From a bacterium (lineage in GTDB: Bacteria > Patescibacteriota > Minisyncoccia > UBA6257 > 02-FULL-45-10c), in the NCBI GenBank assembly GCA_021786945.1, contig JAJYMK010000001.1, positions 64,794-128,793 on the forward strand: 64,000 nt of DNA, in the 5' to 3' direction. Position numbers and translations under genes: made by a program. The notes under the pieces are model-generated. The model was not told the origin of the DNA and made no database searches. It worked only from the letters and a program-made list of their open reading frames with translations. Below, one piece after another: positions 9,799-19,178 of the stretch; the first letter of the stretch is position 1; each line of letters begins with the position of its first letter.

Positions 9799-9998
9799 AC
9801 AACTCACCAAACCAAGATCAACCATTTGATCCGAATCTGGGTTCGATACTCAATCTCCTCCGTGATATTCCGATATTGAACTCACCGCCATCAGATACAC
9901 CAAGAACGCCAATCAGCTTCGCTTTATACGACAACGGTGGCACAAGACGGTTCTATATATTTTTTAACGGAGTGTGGAGGTATGTAACGCTAACTTAA
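9795..9998 (+). CDS. Small phage tail-associated protein
   Basis: ATGA overlap with the previous gene; C-terminal RRFYIFFNGVWRYVTLT. Confidence 0.6.
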   Translation: MNNSPNQDQPFDPNLGSILNLLRDIPILNSPPSDTPRTPISFALYDNGGTRRFYIFFNGVWRYVTLT

Positions 9999-10004
9999 AA
10001 TCAT

Positions 10005-11333
10005 ATGGCTCAAATTACCATACAAAAAGGTCAAACATTATCGGGAATCGCCAAACAGCAAGGCACCACTGTTGATGCGATCATGAAAGCCAATCCGACC
10101 ATCAAGAATGCCAACCTGATATATGCAGGTTCTTCCTTAAATTTGCCCGGATCACCAACTTCACCCGTTGTTGCCCCTAAGGCGAGCGTTCCGAGCCCAA
10201 GTCCCACCGTGACACCTTCTTCGACCGTAACACCGCCCGTTGCCCAAAATTCGAGCCCGGGGACAAGCTCTGTCCCAGCCAAAAGCACCCTTTATGGGAC
10301 GGAAGTGCCTTCTAACACATCTTTGCTTAAACAATACCGGTCCGAACTAGGTCTCGATTCAACGCTTAAAAGCATGCAGGATAGCCAGACTTCCTACCTC
10401 GATACTCTCAAAAATTTGCCGAAAAAATCTGACATCTATCAGCAAGAAAGAACTAAGAGAGGGATTGATACGATGCAAACAAACTTAAAAAGTTTGGATG
10501 ATCGATTGGCCACAATGGAGGAAGCAATCAATAGTTCGGAAAAAGATATCCGAGATAGGACTGTCGCAAGTAATGGCTTGGTAACCGAGAGCCAAACACA
10601 AAGACTTGTAGCTTCCGAAAAGCAACCGCTGATTGATGAATACAGAAAATTATTGAATGAAAGAAATAGGCTTGCGACTGAAATGGGTACGGCTGATGCA
10701 TCCGCAAAAGAAATGGCTGGAATGCAATATGAGGATTCAACACTACCTTTGACCGTAGCAGAAAAAACTCTTGGATTCCAAAAAGATCAATACAGTGTGC
10801 TCGGTGATATTTTAGGCCAAGTATACGGTGCCTCAGAAAAAGATGTCGCCAATTTAATTGATTCTGCTAAATACGGAAAAGAACAGGAAAAGAAAGATGC
10901 TCAAGATGTGATAGATCGTGCCTTGAAACTTGCCCAGCTGGCCAATGATACTCCAGCCGGAACCGTGCTTGATGTGGGAGGAAATAAAGTAGTCGGACTT
11001 AAAGGAAAAACTGGAAGCGGTTCAGGAACCGACGGCAATGATGTTGAAGCTTACGCTTTGGAACTCTTAAACAATCCAAACTTCTCAATCAGTAATGTGC
11101 CTCAAAGTATTCGAGGACAAGTGATCACAAAAAGAGATCAGATTAAAGCTGAAGCGGAAACTTCGATGGCAAACAGTACGCCAGCGATGATAGACAACAC
11201 TCCTCCGATAACCGCACAACAATTCGGGGCTGGTTTACAGGATGTATTCACAAAGCAAATACCGGGAGTGGCAAAAAATGTGTGGGGTGGAACGAAAGGA
11301 TTCTTCAAAGGTCTTTTCGGTAGCGGAAATTAA
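10005..11333 (+). CDS. LysM-domain protein, probable internal virion/ejection protein
   Basis: N-terminal ITIQKGQTLSGIAKQ..TTVDAIMKANPTIKNANLIYAGSSLNLP (LysM), then a Pro/Ser linker and a helical coiled-coil body. Confidence 0.8.
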   Translation: MAQITIQKGQTLSGIAKQQGTTVDAIMKANPTIKNANLIYAGSSLNLPGSPTSPVVAPKASVPSPSPTVTPSSTVTPPVAQNSSPGTSSVPAKSTLYGTEVPSNTSLLKQYRSELGLDSTLKSMQDSQTSYLDTLKNLPKKSDIYQQERTKRGIDTMQTNLKSLDDRLATMEEAINSSEKDIRDRTVASNGLVTESQTQRLVASEKQPLIDEYRKLLNERNRLATEMGTADASAKEMAGMQYEDSTLPLTVAEKTLGFQKDQYSVLGDILGQVYGASEKDVANLIDSAKYGKEQEKKDAQDVIDRALKLAQLANDTPAGTVLDVGGNKVVGLKGKTGSGSGTDGNDVEAYALELLNNPNFSISNVPQSIRGQVITKRDQIKAEAETSMANSTPAMIDNTPPITAQQFGAGLQDVFTKQIPGVAKNVWGGTKGFFKGLFGSGN

Positions 11334-11338
11334 AACTT

Positions 11339-14300
11339 ATGGCATATCTTAAAGACCCAAAAACTGGAAAATATATAGTCACTGATACAGCACCAACTGC
11401 AACAGTGAAAACTTCTGTCCCAACTTCTGCTGGGAACATTAAGTACGGTAAAAATGCCCAAGGCGGATACACAAAAATTGAGACGGACACATCTGCTGGA
11501 ACTTCTGCAAAACCAAACATCACCACAGTGGCCGGACTTAAAGATTACGCCTTAAAAAATAATGTTGATATTTCTGATGCCCAACCCCAAGAATCAACTC
11601 TGCAAAAAATTCTCAATGTCTTAAATACCGGTGCGTACGCTGTGGGAGGACTTATAAGTGGAAAAGGAATCGTTAAGGGAATCCAAGAACACACATTGCC
11701 ATCCGAAGCGTTAGGAATAAAAAACAAGATTGGAGGTTTTGTTGCTGATGTCCTGCTTGATCCAACCACTTACATAACATTCGGTTATGGTAGCGGTGCG
11801 AAACTTGCAACAAAAGCTGGCGAGGTTGTGCTTAGTAAAACAGGAACCAGTTTGCTTAAAAAATCCATCATTGAACTTGGCGAGCAAGGTGCGAGAAAAG
11901 CTCTTGCTGAAAAAGTTTTGCAAGAAGGAGGCGAAAAGTTATTAGCTAAAGGCGGTTTGAAATTTGCTGGAACTGAAATATTGCCCCGTAAGGTCGTAAC
12001 CGCACCGTTTAAGATCGCAGACACTCTTGTAGAAAAAACACCTGTGGTCGGAAAATTATATCAAGGTGCAAAAGACTTGGCCGGTAAAGCATTTGTACCA
12101 TTCAAATCAATTAAAGATATGCCGGGTGGAATAGGCCAACAGTATGTCGATAAATTTTCTGACTTCAGTAAAGCAACAAGATCGGAAGTCGGCAAAGCTG
12201 TTGAGGAAGTATCGGCTCTCGGAAAAACAGCTAAGAAAGAACTGGGAGATAAAGCTGGAATTGAGGTCGGGAAAATACTTGAGAATGTACCTAAACCTCA
12301 AATGCCACTGCCGAGAGCCCTTGAACCAATCAAAGACATGGTCAAAGGTGTTGATCTTGGGGACATAAAAGGAGTCGACCGAAATAATATCGTAGACATG
12401 AAAGTATTTGGGTCTTCTGTTGAGGGGAAACTAAAACCGAATGATGTTGATGTTTTTGTGAAAGTAAAAGACGGCTCGATGAAGTTTAAAAATGCTGGCG
12501 GTCTTCCAAGCCCGATAGTCATCAAGAAAGGAAAAGTCCAATACTTTATCATGCCTGAAAGCCAAGGCGATGAATTACTGGATGCAATGCTTTATACCGG
12601 CAGAAAAGATCAGAGTCGCTTGTATTCCGGAACGGCCGTAAAAGTTCCAAAACCTTACTGGAACGGAATGATGAAAGTAAACGATGATACTGCACAAGCT
12701 GGAAATAAAGTTATAAACGAGATCACTGACTACATAAGAGGCCAGCATAAATCATTTGCCACTAAAGAAAAAGAAAGAGGTCTCCTCGACTACACTTTGC
12801 CTGATTATCTTCGTCACTACCTGACACCAGAGGGTCGTGATTTCTTACAGAAAGGAAGTGCAAATATTACTGGGGAGTTAAACAAACCATTGCGAGTAAA
12901 AACACCATTTGCCAAAGAAAGAGAGCTGAACGACACGATCGGTGGAATCAATAAATACTTCCAAAAACAATACGGTGTCAGCCAGATGTTCGAAAGCGAT
13001 GCGTTCAAAGCATTCGCGGCTCGAAAAGCCGAACACATCAAAGCCGTAAATACCTACGACTTCCTGACCAATGTTGGAAAAGAATTCGGACGACCAGCAG
13101 AGGTAATGACTAAAGAAATCAAGAATCCAGTAACTGGAAAAATGATAACCAAAGAGATCACGAAGCCAATCTACGAAAACGGAATCAAATACATTGAAAG
13201 TTCAGTACCACAACTTAAAGGAACGCTTTTGCCAGAGCAGATTGTAAAGCATGTTGATGACACTTATAAAGTTTTAACCAACGAGGAAGCAACGAAAAAG
13301 TTTCTCGGTCTTTATGATAAAGTTTTGAATTTTTGGAAAGGATCGGTCACTGGATGGTTTCCAGCTTTCCACACACGAAACTCAATCGGTGGAATTTTTA
13401 ACAACTGGATTGCTGGTGTAAAAAGTCCGACTCGCTATCTGCAAGCTGATCAAATTGCCAGAGGTGCTGAGGGTGCAATAACCACTCAGATCGGGACGAA
13501 ATACACATATAGCCAGATAAGAGATGTTGCCAACAAACTGGGAGTCGTGGGACAGCCGGGTTATTTGGATGTCATGAAAGAAGTAGAAAAGGATATCGGA
13601 AAAGGTCCGGTGGCAAAACTGATGGATACACCTAAAAAAGCGATGGAGATTGTGGAAAACAGACTTCGTTTGCCTTTATTTGTTGATCGCTTAATTAAAG
13701 GCGATGCACCTGAACAGGCGGCCAAGGCCGTGTTCCAATTCCACTTCGACTACGCACCGGAAGCATTAGCACCTTTTGAACAGAACATAATGAAGCGTTT
13801 GTTGCCATTTTATAAGTGGACTCGTGGCAACATTCCACTTCAGCTTGAGCAAATGGTAAAACAACCCGGAAAGTATGCTGGAATCGGGAAAGCCGTACAG
13901 GGATTGCAGTCAGACAAAGAAAAAGCCAAAGAGGAATTTTCAATACTGCCTCCTTATATGCGAGAGGGTTTGCCAATCAGACTCGGCGAAAAAGGCGGAT
14001 TCTCACAATACCTATATGGACTGGGGTTGCCGGTCGAGGATGTAAACAGACTATATAAAGGAAGTGCCAAAAGAACACTGGCCAGTTTTATTGGTGAATT
14101 ATCTCCGCTTCTTAAATATCCAATCGAAGCTGGAACAGGACAAAACTTATTCACTGGTGAACCGATAGAAGCAAACAACAATGTCTATCCATTCATGAAT
14201 AAAGTCCCAGGACTCCGTGACTGGCTTGAAGTGACAGAAAAGAAAAATAAGGATGGATCAACGGGTTATGTCGCCAATGCTTATAAACTCCACTTCCTGA

Positions 14301-14524
14301 ACACTGCGTTGGGGAGATTCTACACTACAGCTGGAAAACTGACCGATGATAAAACATCCGGTGCGGTTAAGTTTTTGTACGGACTGATTGGTGCAAAAGC
14401 AAAATCCGTAGACATCGAAAAAGAAAAGTTTTGGCGTGATCAAGAACAACAAGACAGTCTTGAACAAGCTTTGCAAAATAGAGGTCTCCTAAAACAGTAT
14501 CAGAGGGCATATGTCCCAAAATAA
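11339..14524 (+). CDS. Large ejection/polyvalent-type virion protein with an inserted nucleotidyltransferase-like domain
   Basis: DVLLDPTTY, FHTRN, ENRLR, HFDY and PFYKW motifs resemble large podovirus ejection proteins; internal VFGSSVEGKLKPNDVDVFV. Confidence 0.7.
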   Translation: MAYLKDPKTGKYIVTDTAPTATVKTSVPTSAGNIKYGKNAQGGYTKIETDTSAGTSAKPNITTVAGLKDYALKNNVDISDAQPQESTLQKILNVLNTGAYAVGGLISGKGIVKGIQEHTLPSEALGIKNKIGGFVADVLLDPTTYITFGYGSGAKLATKAGEVVLSKTGTSLLKKSIIELGEQGARKALAEKVLQEGGEKLLAKGGLKFAGTEILPRKVVTAPFKIADTLVEKTPVVGKLYQGAKDLAGKAFVPFKSIKDMPGGIGQQYVDKFSDFSKATRSEVGKAVEEVSALGKTAKKELGDKAGIEVGKILENVPKPQMPLPRALEPIKDMVKGVDLGDIKGVDRNNIVDMKVFGSSVEGKLKPNDVDVFVKVKDGSMKFKNAGGLPSPIVIKKGKVQYFIMPESQGDELLDAMLYTGRKDQSRLYSGTAVKVPKPYWNGMMKVNDDTAQAGNKVINEITDYIRGQHKSFATKEKERGLLDYTLPDYLRHYLTPEGRDFLQKGSANITGELNKPLRVKTPFAKERELNDTIGGINKYFQKQYGVSQMFESDAFKAFAARKAEHIKAVNTYDFLTNVGKEFGRPAEVMTKEIKNPVTGKMITKEITKPIYENGIKYIESSVPQLKGTLLPEQIVKHVDDTYKVLTNEEATKKFLGLYDKVLNFWKGSVTGWFPAFHTRNSIGGIFNNWIAGVKSPTRYLQADQIARGAEGAITTQIGTKYTYSQIRDVANKLGVVGQPGYLDVMKEVEKDIGKGPVAKLMDTPKKAMEIVENRLRLPLFVDRLIKGDAPEQAAKAVFQFHFDYAPEALAPFEQNIMKRLLPFYKWTRGNIPLQLEQMVKQPGKYAGIGKAVQGLQSDKEKAKEEFSILPPYMREGLPIRLGEKGGFSQYLYGLGLPVEDVNRLYKGSAKRTLASFIGELSPLLKYPIEAGTGQNLFTGEPIEANNNVYPFMNKVPGLRDWLEVTEKKNKDGSTGYVANAYKLHFLNTALGRFYTTAGKLTDDKTSGAVKFLYGLIGAKAKSVDIEKEKFWRDQEQQDSLEQALQNRGLLKQYQRAYVPK

Positions 14525-14528
14525 AAAT

Positions 14529-14756
14529 ATGGATAAAACAGAGTATCAAAATCAAATACAAGACGAACGACTTGATCGAGTCGAGAAAACCGTAAACGAA
14601 ATCAAAGATAATCATCTCGTTCACCTACAAGAGGATGTAACGAAAGTCGGGACTGATGTCGACTGGCTCAAGCGTTTCTTTTGGATCTTGGCTACCGCAT
14701 CCGTGGGAGGTCTTATAACCGCCTTAATTAATTTACTAATAACAATCGATAAATAA
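14529..14756 (+). CDS. Coiled-coil plus single-TM lysis-module protein (holin/XhlA-like)
   Basis: IKDNHLVHLQ..DVDWLK followed by a C-terminal TM segment; directly upstream of the endolysin. Confidence 0.6.
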   Translation: MDKTEYQNQIQDERLDRVEKTVNEIKDNHLVHLQEDVTKVGTDVDWLKRFFWILATASVGGLITALINLLITIDK

Positions 14757-14761
14757 AAACT

Positions 14762-15331
14762 ATGAATATCATTCAAAAGAAATCACCAAACTTCTGGGCT
14801 GGTCGCAACAGTTATCGTCCGGAAGCAATAGTCATTCACATTATGGATGGCACGCTGGCCGGAACCGATGCGTGGTTTACAAACCCATCTTCGCAAGTAA
14901 GTGCTCACTATGGCATCGGAAAGAATGGCGAAGTGCATCAGTATGTAAAAGAGGAAGATACTGCTTGGCACGCTGGACGAATAGACACACCAACTTGGAA
15001 GTTTATTAAACAAAAGGTAAACCCCAACCTCTATACAATCGGAATTGAACACGAGGGAAAGCCTGACGACATATGGACTGAAGCAATGAAACAAGCGAGT
15101 GCGATGATGATCCACGAGATCTGCCAACGCTGGCAAATACCGGTCGACCGTGATCACATCGTTGGCCACTTTGAGATTTACTCAAAGAAACCGAATTGTC
15201 CGGCAACTGATAAGCGGATATTGGACGAGCTTGTTGCCCTTGCCAGTGATCACACACCAAATACCTCAGTCGAGGATGGTGTGAGAAAGATTGAGGAGGG
15301 GCTGGCCATTATAAAGAAAATAATTTATTAA
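14762..15331 (+). CDS. Endolysin, N-acetylmuramoyl-L-alanine amidase (Amidase_2)
   Basis: IVIH, SAHY, AWHAG, IGIE, GH and CP zinc-amidase motifs. Confidence 0.92.
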   Translation: MNIIQKKSPNFWAGRNSYRPEAIVIHIMDGTLAGTDAWFTNPSSQVSAHYGIGKNGEVHQYVKEEDTAWHAGRIDTPTWKFIKQKVNPNLYTIGIEHEGKPDDIWTEAMKQASAMMIHEICQRWQIPVDRDHIVGHFEIYSKKPNCPATDKRILDELVALASDHTPNTSVEDGVRKIEEGLAIIKKIIY

Positions 15332-15334
15332 CCT

Positions 15335-15553
15335 ATGACAACACCACAAAAAGAAGCATTAAAGCACCTAGCGATCGTTTTCCTTTACTCCGGAGTCTCA
15401 TCAATCCTACCGATCGTTTTGGCTTATGTAGAGCATGATCCACGCTGGACACTGCTGATACCACTTATAAACTCGGCTTGGTATGCCGTGAGTCGATACC
15501 TCAAGGAAAGTAAGTTAATTGAGGAGTCCGACACCAAGGGAGACCAATTTTAG
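15335..15553 (+). CDS. Putative holin
   Basis: 72 aa, two hydrophobic segments and a charged C-terminus; follows the endolysin. Confidence 0.65.
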   Translation: MTTPQKEALKHLAIVFLYSGVSSILPIVLAYVEHDPRWTLLIPLINSAWYAVSRYLKESKLIEESDTKGDQF

Positions 15554-15625
15554 CTAAATTAAGCAAATCCCGATTAATAGACCTTTACAGCAAATGTCGG
15601 AACCTCAAAAGAGGCTGGATTTTCC

Positions 15626-15654
15626 TTGTAAAATAACCGTAATTGGCGTATAAT
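15626..15654 (+). promoter_or_regulatory. Sigma70-type promoter at the prophage end pointing toward att/mltG
   Basis: TTGTAA-N17-TATAAT. Confidence 0.6.
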
Positions 15655-15713
15655 TTTATCAATACGACCATAAGATAAGGTCTTTAAGGCGAATACCGGT
15701 TCAAAGTTCCGGA

Positions 15714-15727
15714 CATCGTCACCGCCA
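15714..15727 (+). other. Candidate attR core (duplicated tRNA 3' end, possibly tRNA-Asp)
   Basis: CATCGTCACCGCCA reads as T-stem end, acceptor strand CGTCACC, discriminator G and CCA, exactly at the phage/host boundary. Confidence 0.5.
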
Positions 15728-15728
15728 A

Positions 15729-16709
15729 ATGACTAGATCTAAATCAATAACCATTTTAATATTGGCAATATTTTTCATTTTATTGATGGGATTATTTTAT
15801 TTTTGGTTTTTCAGTGCCCCCCAAAAAAATAAAGAATCGGAAAGATATATAATCCCACTTAATTTTTCGGCAACAGAAATATCTAGTGATTTAAAAACAA
15901 ATGGATTTATCAAAAATCAATTAGCTTTCGATTTTATAATTTCAATTAAGAGTGGCTTGAGTAATATAAAAGCCGGCGGCTATAAAATTTCCAAATCAAT
16001 GAATGTCTGGGAAATAACAGATATTTTAATAAAAAAACCATATATGGAATGGGTAGTAATTCCCGAAGGTTTGCGCAAAGAAGAAATTGCCGAAATTCTT
16101 GGCCAAAAACTAAGCTGGAATAGCGATAAAAAAGAGAATTGGCTAAAAACCGCCACAACTCAAAAACCGGAATATTTTGAGGGAGTTTACTTCCCTGATA
16201 CATATTTAATTCCTATAGACGAAACCCTTCTTCAGATAGCAGCCCGTCTTCAGGCTAAATTCCAGGAAAAATTTACGCCCTATGCCAAAGAAGCGGCAAA
16301 CCAAAACATAAAATGGGATACGGCACTAAAGATAGCGTCAATAATCCAGCGAGAAAGCGCAGGAAAAAACGACATGCCAATTATTTCTGCGGTAATCTGG
16401 AATAGACTTTTACAAGGCATGAAGTTGGATATAGATGCCACAATTCAATATGCTCGAGGCAATACGGGGCAAGGCTGGTGGGCGCCAATAAACGTAAGTG
16501 ATAAACAAATAAATTCTCCGTACAACACTTATAAATACAAAGGGCTGCCGCCTCACCCTATTTGTAATCCGGGATTAGACGCCATAAATGCCGTTTTAAA
16601 CCCAGCCAAAACCGACTGTCTTTACTATCTGCACGACAGCTCAAAAACAATCCATTGCGCCGAAACATACGAAGAGCACTTACAAAACATACAAAGATAT
16701 CTAAAATAA
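15729..16709 (+). CDS. mltG: Endolytic transglycosylase MltG
   Basis: IPEG, EGVYFPDTY, ASIIQRE, NRL..GMKLDIDAT and SPYNTY...GLPP.PI.NPG motifs. Confidence 0.95.
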   Translation: MTRSKSITILILAIFFILLMGLFYFWFFSAPQKNKESERYIIPLNFSATEISSDLKTNGFIKNQLAFDFIISIKSGLSNIKAGGYKISKSMNVWEITDILIKKPYMEWVVIPEGLRKEEIAEILGQKLSWNSDKKENWLKTATTQKPEYFEGVYFPDTYLIPIDETLLQIAARLQAKFQEKFTPYAKEAANQNIKWDTALKIASIIQRESAGKNDMPIISAVIWNRLLQGMKLDIDATIQYARGNTGQGWWAPINVSDKQINSPYNTYKYKGLPPHPICNPGLDAINAVLNPAKTDCLYYLHDSSKTIHCAETYEEHLQNIQRYLK

Positions 16710-16744
16710 AAAATCCCCTATTCCTCATGAATAAGGGATTTTTC
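16709..16744. terminator. Bidirectional intrinsic terminator
   Basis: AAAAATCCCCTATTC-ctcat-GAATAAGGGATTTTT between convergent genes. Confidence 0.7.
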
Positions 16745-16758
16745 ATATATAAATTTTA

Positions 16759-17097
16759 TTACTGATTAATTGGTAAAGTTGTGGTCGCACCTCTTAAGAA
16801 AAAACCTTTTGTGGAACCAGAGGAATTAGTTCTTCTAAGATTAGAAAAACTAATATTTCTGCAATTTCCAAAATTTCTTCCACCATACATCATTCTCTGT
16901 CCGTAATAATCATTTCGTTTATATTTGTTAAAATAGGTTTTTATTTCTCCCACTTTAACCCCCGCACAGAAAACCACTCCCAAAACAAAAAGGCTTATTA
17001 AAATTCGTATCACCATTCTTTTAGATACGGAGATCGCCTTTACCTTTTCAGAAAAAGAATTAATATCTTTTTCTTTATTTTCCGGTTTATTGTCCAT
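16759..17097 (-). CDS. Single-TM hypothetical protein (candidate ECF regulon member)
   Basis: TM segment ending VFCAGVKVG resembles those of the 19725 and 23929 proteins; an ECF-type promoter lies upstream. Confidence 0.6.
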   Translation of the reverse strand: MDNKPENKEKDINSFSEKVKAISVSKRMVIRILISLFVLGVVFCAGVKVGEIKTYFNKYKRNDYYGQRMMYGGRNFGNCRNISFSNLRRTNSSGSTKGFFLRGATTTLPINQ

Positions 17098-17136
17098 ATT
17101 TTTATTATTTATTAATTATCTGACCTTATTTAATAA

Positions 17137-17163
17137 TACGTATCAAAATACAAATTTGGTGCA
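17137..17163 (-). promoter_or_regulatory. Putative ECF-sigma promoter
   Basis: Minus strand TGCACC-N15-TACGTA, matching 24847-24873. Confidence 0.6.
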
Positions 17164-17204
17164 TTTGAGTAGAATATTAAATAGAAAGGATTTATAATAA
17201 AATT

Positions 17205-17396
17205 ATGGATCAGGAAATTTTAAAAAAACTCGATGAACTGGAGAAAAAAATTGACGCTACTTTTAAATCGTCGGAAAAAATGCGTAAATATTTTCTATGG
17301 ACACTGATTATAAGCTTGATTGTTATAGTACTCCCCCTTATCGGCCTGGTATTTCTTATACCGACATATCTAAATACATTACAGATTCCCTTTTAA
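17205..17396 (+). CDS. Small membrane protein
   Basis: Coiled coil plus one TM segment; followed by a terminator. Confidence 0.7.
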   Translation: MDQEILKKLDELEKKIDATFKSSEKMRKYFLWTLIISLIVIVLPLIGLVFLIPTYLNTLQIPF

Positions 17397-17398
17397 CC

Positions 17399-17426
17399 AA
17401 AACCGCCTCAATTGAGGCGGTTTTTT
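17399..17426. terminator. Bidirectional intrinsic terminator
   Basis: AAAACCGCCTC-aatt-GAGGCGGTTTTTT. Confidence 0.8.
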
Positions 17427-17439
17427 AAAATATAAAGCC

Positions 17440-18210
17440 TTATACTTTCATTCTCTTAAAAGCCAAACCTCCAAGCAAAATAACCAAAACCAAAAACACA
17501 AGCATTATTCCTAAATCAAACATTAGGGAAAATTGAGAAATGCCCAAAATAACATTTCTCAAAGCATCGACGGCATAAGTTAATGGATCTAAAAGAGTAA
17601 ATGGTTTAATCCAAATTGGTAATTTATCTATCGGAAATAAAGCCCCAGACAGAAAAAATAAAGGAAAAACCAAAAAACTTGAAATAAGCTGAAATCCTTC
17701 CGGGCTTTCCATTTGCGAACCAATTATAAGCCCGAGACTTACAAATGAAACCGTGGTAATAAATAAGATAATTAAAGCCAATAAAATAGAATATGGGGAA
17801 AAATAAATACCCTGAATCATTCCAAAATTTTCAAGAGCTAAACCAACCAAAAGTAAAATAACCGACTGAATCATAGAGTCTGTAGATCCGCCGATGACCT
17901 TACCGATAAATATAGACGTTCTTGAAATTGGAGCAACCAAAACCTCTTTCAAAAAATCTATTTTCCTATCCCAAACAATATAAACACCAAAAAATATAGA
18001 AGAAAAAAGAACAGACTGGGTCAATATTCCGGGGAAAATAAAAGCCTGATAATTAACTCCGGGAATAGAAACACTAGAGCCCAATCCTCCGCCAAAAACT
18101 AAAAGCCAAAGTATGGGATTTACGATAGACGCAACGATTCTCGATTTTTCCCGAAGAAAAACCTTAAATTCCCTATACCAAATTGCTAAAATTCCATTTA
18201 TTTCATTCAT
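17440..18210 (-). CDS. ABC-2 type transporter permease (DrrB-like)
   Basis: PGIL, EVLVAPISR, FLSGALFP and PLTYAVDALR motifs; the ATG at 18210 overlaps the upstream stop. Confidence 0.9.
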   Translation of the reverse strand: MNEINGILAIWYREFKVFLREKSRIVASIVNPILWLLVFGGGLGSSVSIPGVNYQAFIFPGILTQSVLFSSIFFGVYIVWDRKIDFLKEVLVAPISRTSIFIGKVIGGSTDSMIQSVILLLVGLALENFGMIQGIYFSPYSILLALIILFITTVSFVSLGLIIGSQMESPEGFQLISSFLVFPLFFLSGALFPIDKLPIWIKPFTLLDPLTYAVDALRNVILGISQFSLMFDLGIMLVFLVLVILLGGLAFKRMKV

Positions 18211-19178
18211 TATTTTTTTGATCGATAATTGATTATCCTTTCCGACCATCCGCCCTCAGCAGACTCCTCTCTAATTTCTCTGCCGGTATAATGCAAAAAT
18301 ACGTCATTCAGCGTCGGGGAATGAAGCTCTACCGACTCCACTCTTCCCGTAACAGCCAATAATTCGGAGATATTTTCGTTCGCATTATTAACAGACAAAG
18401 ACAAGGTTCCGTCTTTAGAATTTATATTTTTTACGAAATCAAGTTTTTTTATGCTCTCAATATCAGGATTTTTTATTTTTAAATTTATAACATCACCCCC
18501 TACAACTTTTTTAAGGTTAGTTGGAGAATCCAAGGCCACTATTTTTCCCTTATCTATTATAGCCAAGCGGTCGCAAAGCTTATCGGCTTCATCCATATAA
18601 TGAGTTGTAATAATAACACTTACCCTCTCCTCTTTTGAAAGTTTTTCTATGTAGTCCCAAATATTTTCACGCGACTGCGGATCCAATCCCAAAGTAGGCT
18701 CATCTAAAAATATAATTTTGGGGTGATGCATCAATCCCCTGCCCAACTCCAATCTTCTTCTCATTCCGCCCGAATAATTTTTTACCAAATCATCTTTTCT
18801 GTTTGTCAGATCAACTAATTCTAAAACTTCTTTGATTCTTCTTTCTCTCAACTCGGCGGGCATATTATAAAGCATTCCGTGAAGCTTAAGATTTTCGTAT
18901 CCCGTTAAGGTATCATCGGAACTTGGATCTTGAAAAACAATACCGATAGATTTTCTGACCCCATCAGGATCGGCGACAATATCAAAATTATTTACCCTGG
19001 CTGTACCGGAAGTCGGCTTCAGTAAAGTAGTAAGCATCATAAGTGTAGTTGATTTTCCGGCTCCATTTGGGCCAAGTAATCCAAATATTTCACCTTGATT
19101 TACTTCTAAGCTCAACCCATTAACAGCGGTAAAATCACCAAACTTTTTTATTAAATTATCGGTTTTAATTATTGGCAT
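18210..19178 (-). CDS. ABC transporter ATP-binding protein (DrrA-like)
   Basis: GPNGAGKS, YSGGMRRRL, DEPT and TTHYMDEA motifs. Confidence 0.93.
   Translation of the reverse strand: MPIIKTDNLIKKFGDFTAVNGLSLEVNQGEIFGLLGPNGAGKSTTLMMLTTLLKPTSGTARVNNFDIVADPDGVRKSIGIVFQDPSSDDTLTGYENLKLHGMLYNMPAELRERRIKEVLELVDLTNRKDDLVKNYSGGMRRRLELGRGLMHHPKIIFLDEPTLGLDPQSRENIWDYIEKLSKEERVSVIITTHYMDEADKLCDRLAIIDKGKIVALDSPTNLKKVVGGDVINLKIKNPDIESIKKLDFVKNINSKDGTLSLSVNNANENISELLAVTGRVESVELHSPTLNDVFLHYTGREIREESAEGGWSERIINYRSKK

Larger units (their letters stand above)
1..15727 (+). mobile_element. Prophage, right arm (podovirus-like morphogenesis and lysis modules), truncated at the window start
   Basis: Co-oriented scaffold, capsid, spike, fibre, adaptor, nozzle, ejection-type, amidase and holin genes with no tape-measure or sheath gene. 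Composition shifts to more AT-rich host sequence after ~15730, and a tRNA-3'-like end lies at 15714-15727. Confidence 0.92.

Noticed and set aside
1-15553. Stop-codon reassignment in the phage or host
   Set aside because: Genes are full length in code 11, and TAA, TGA and TAG all act as stops.
15680-15727. Complete tRNA gene at the prophage end
   Set aside because: Only a 3' fragment is tRNA-like; no D or anticodon arm and no matching 5' acceptor strand.
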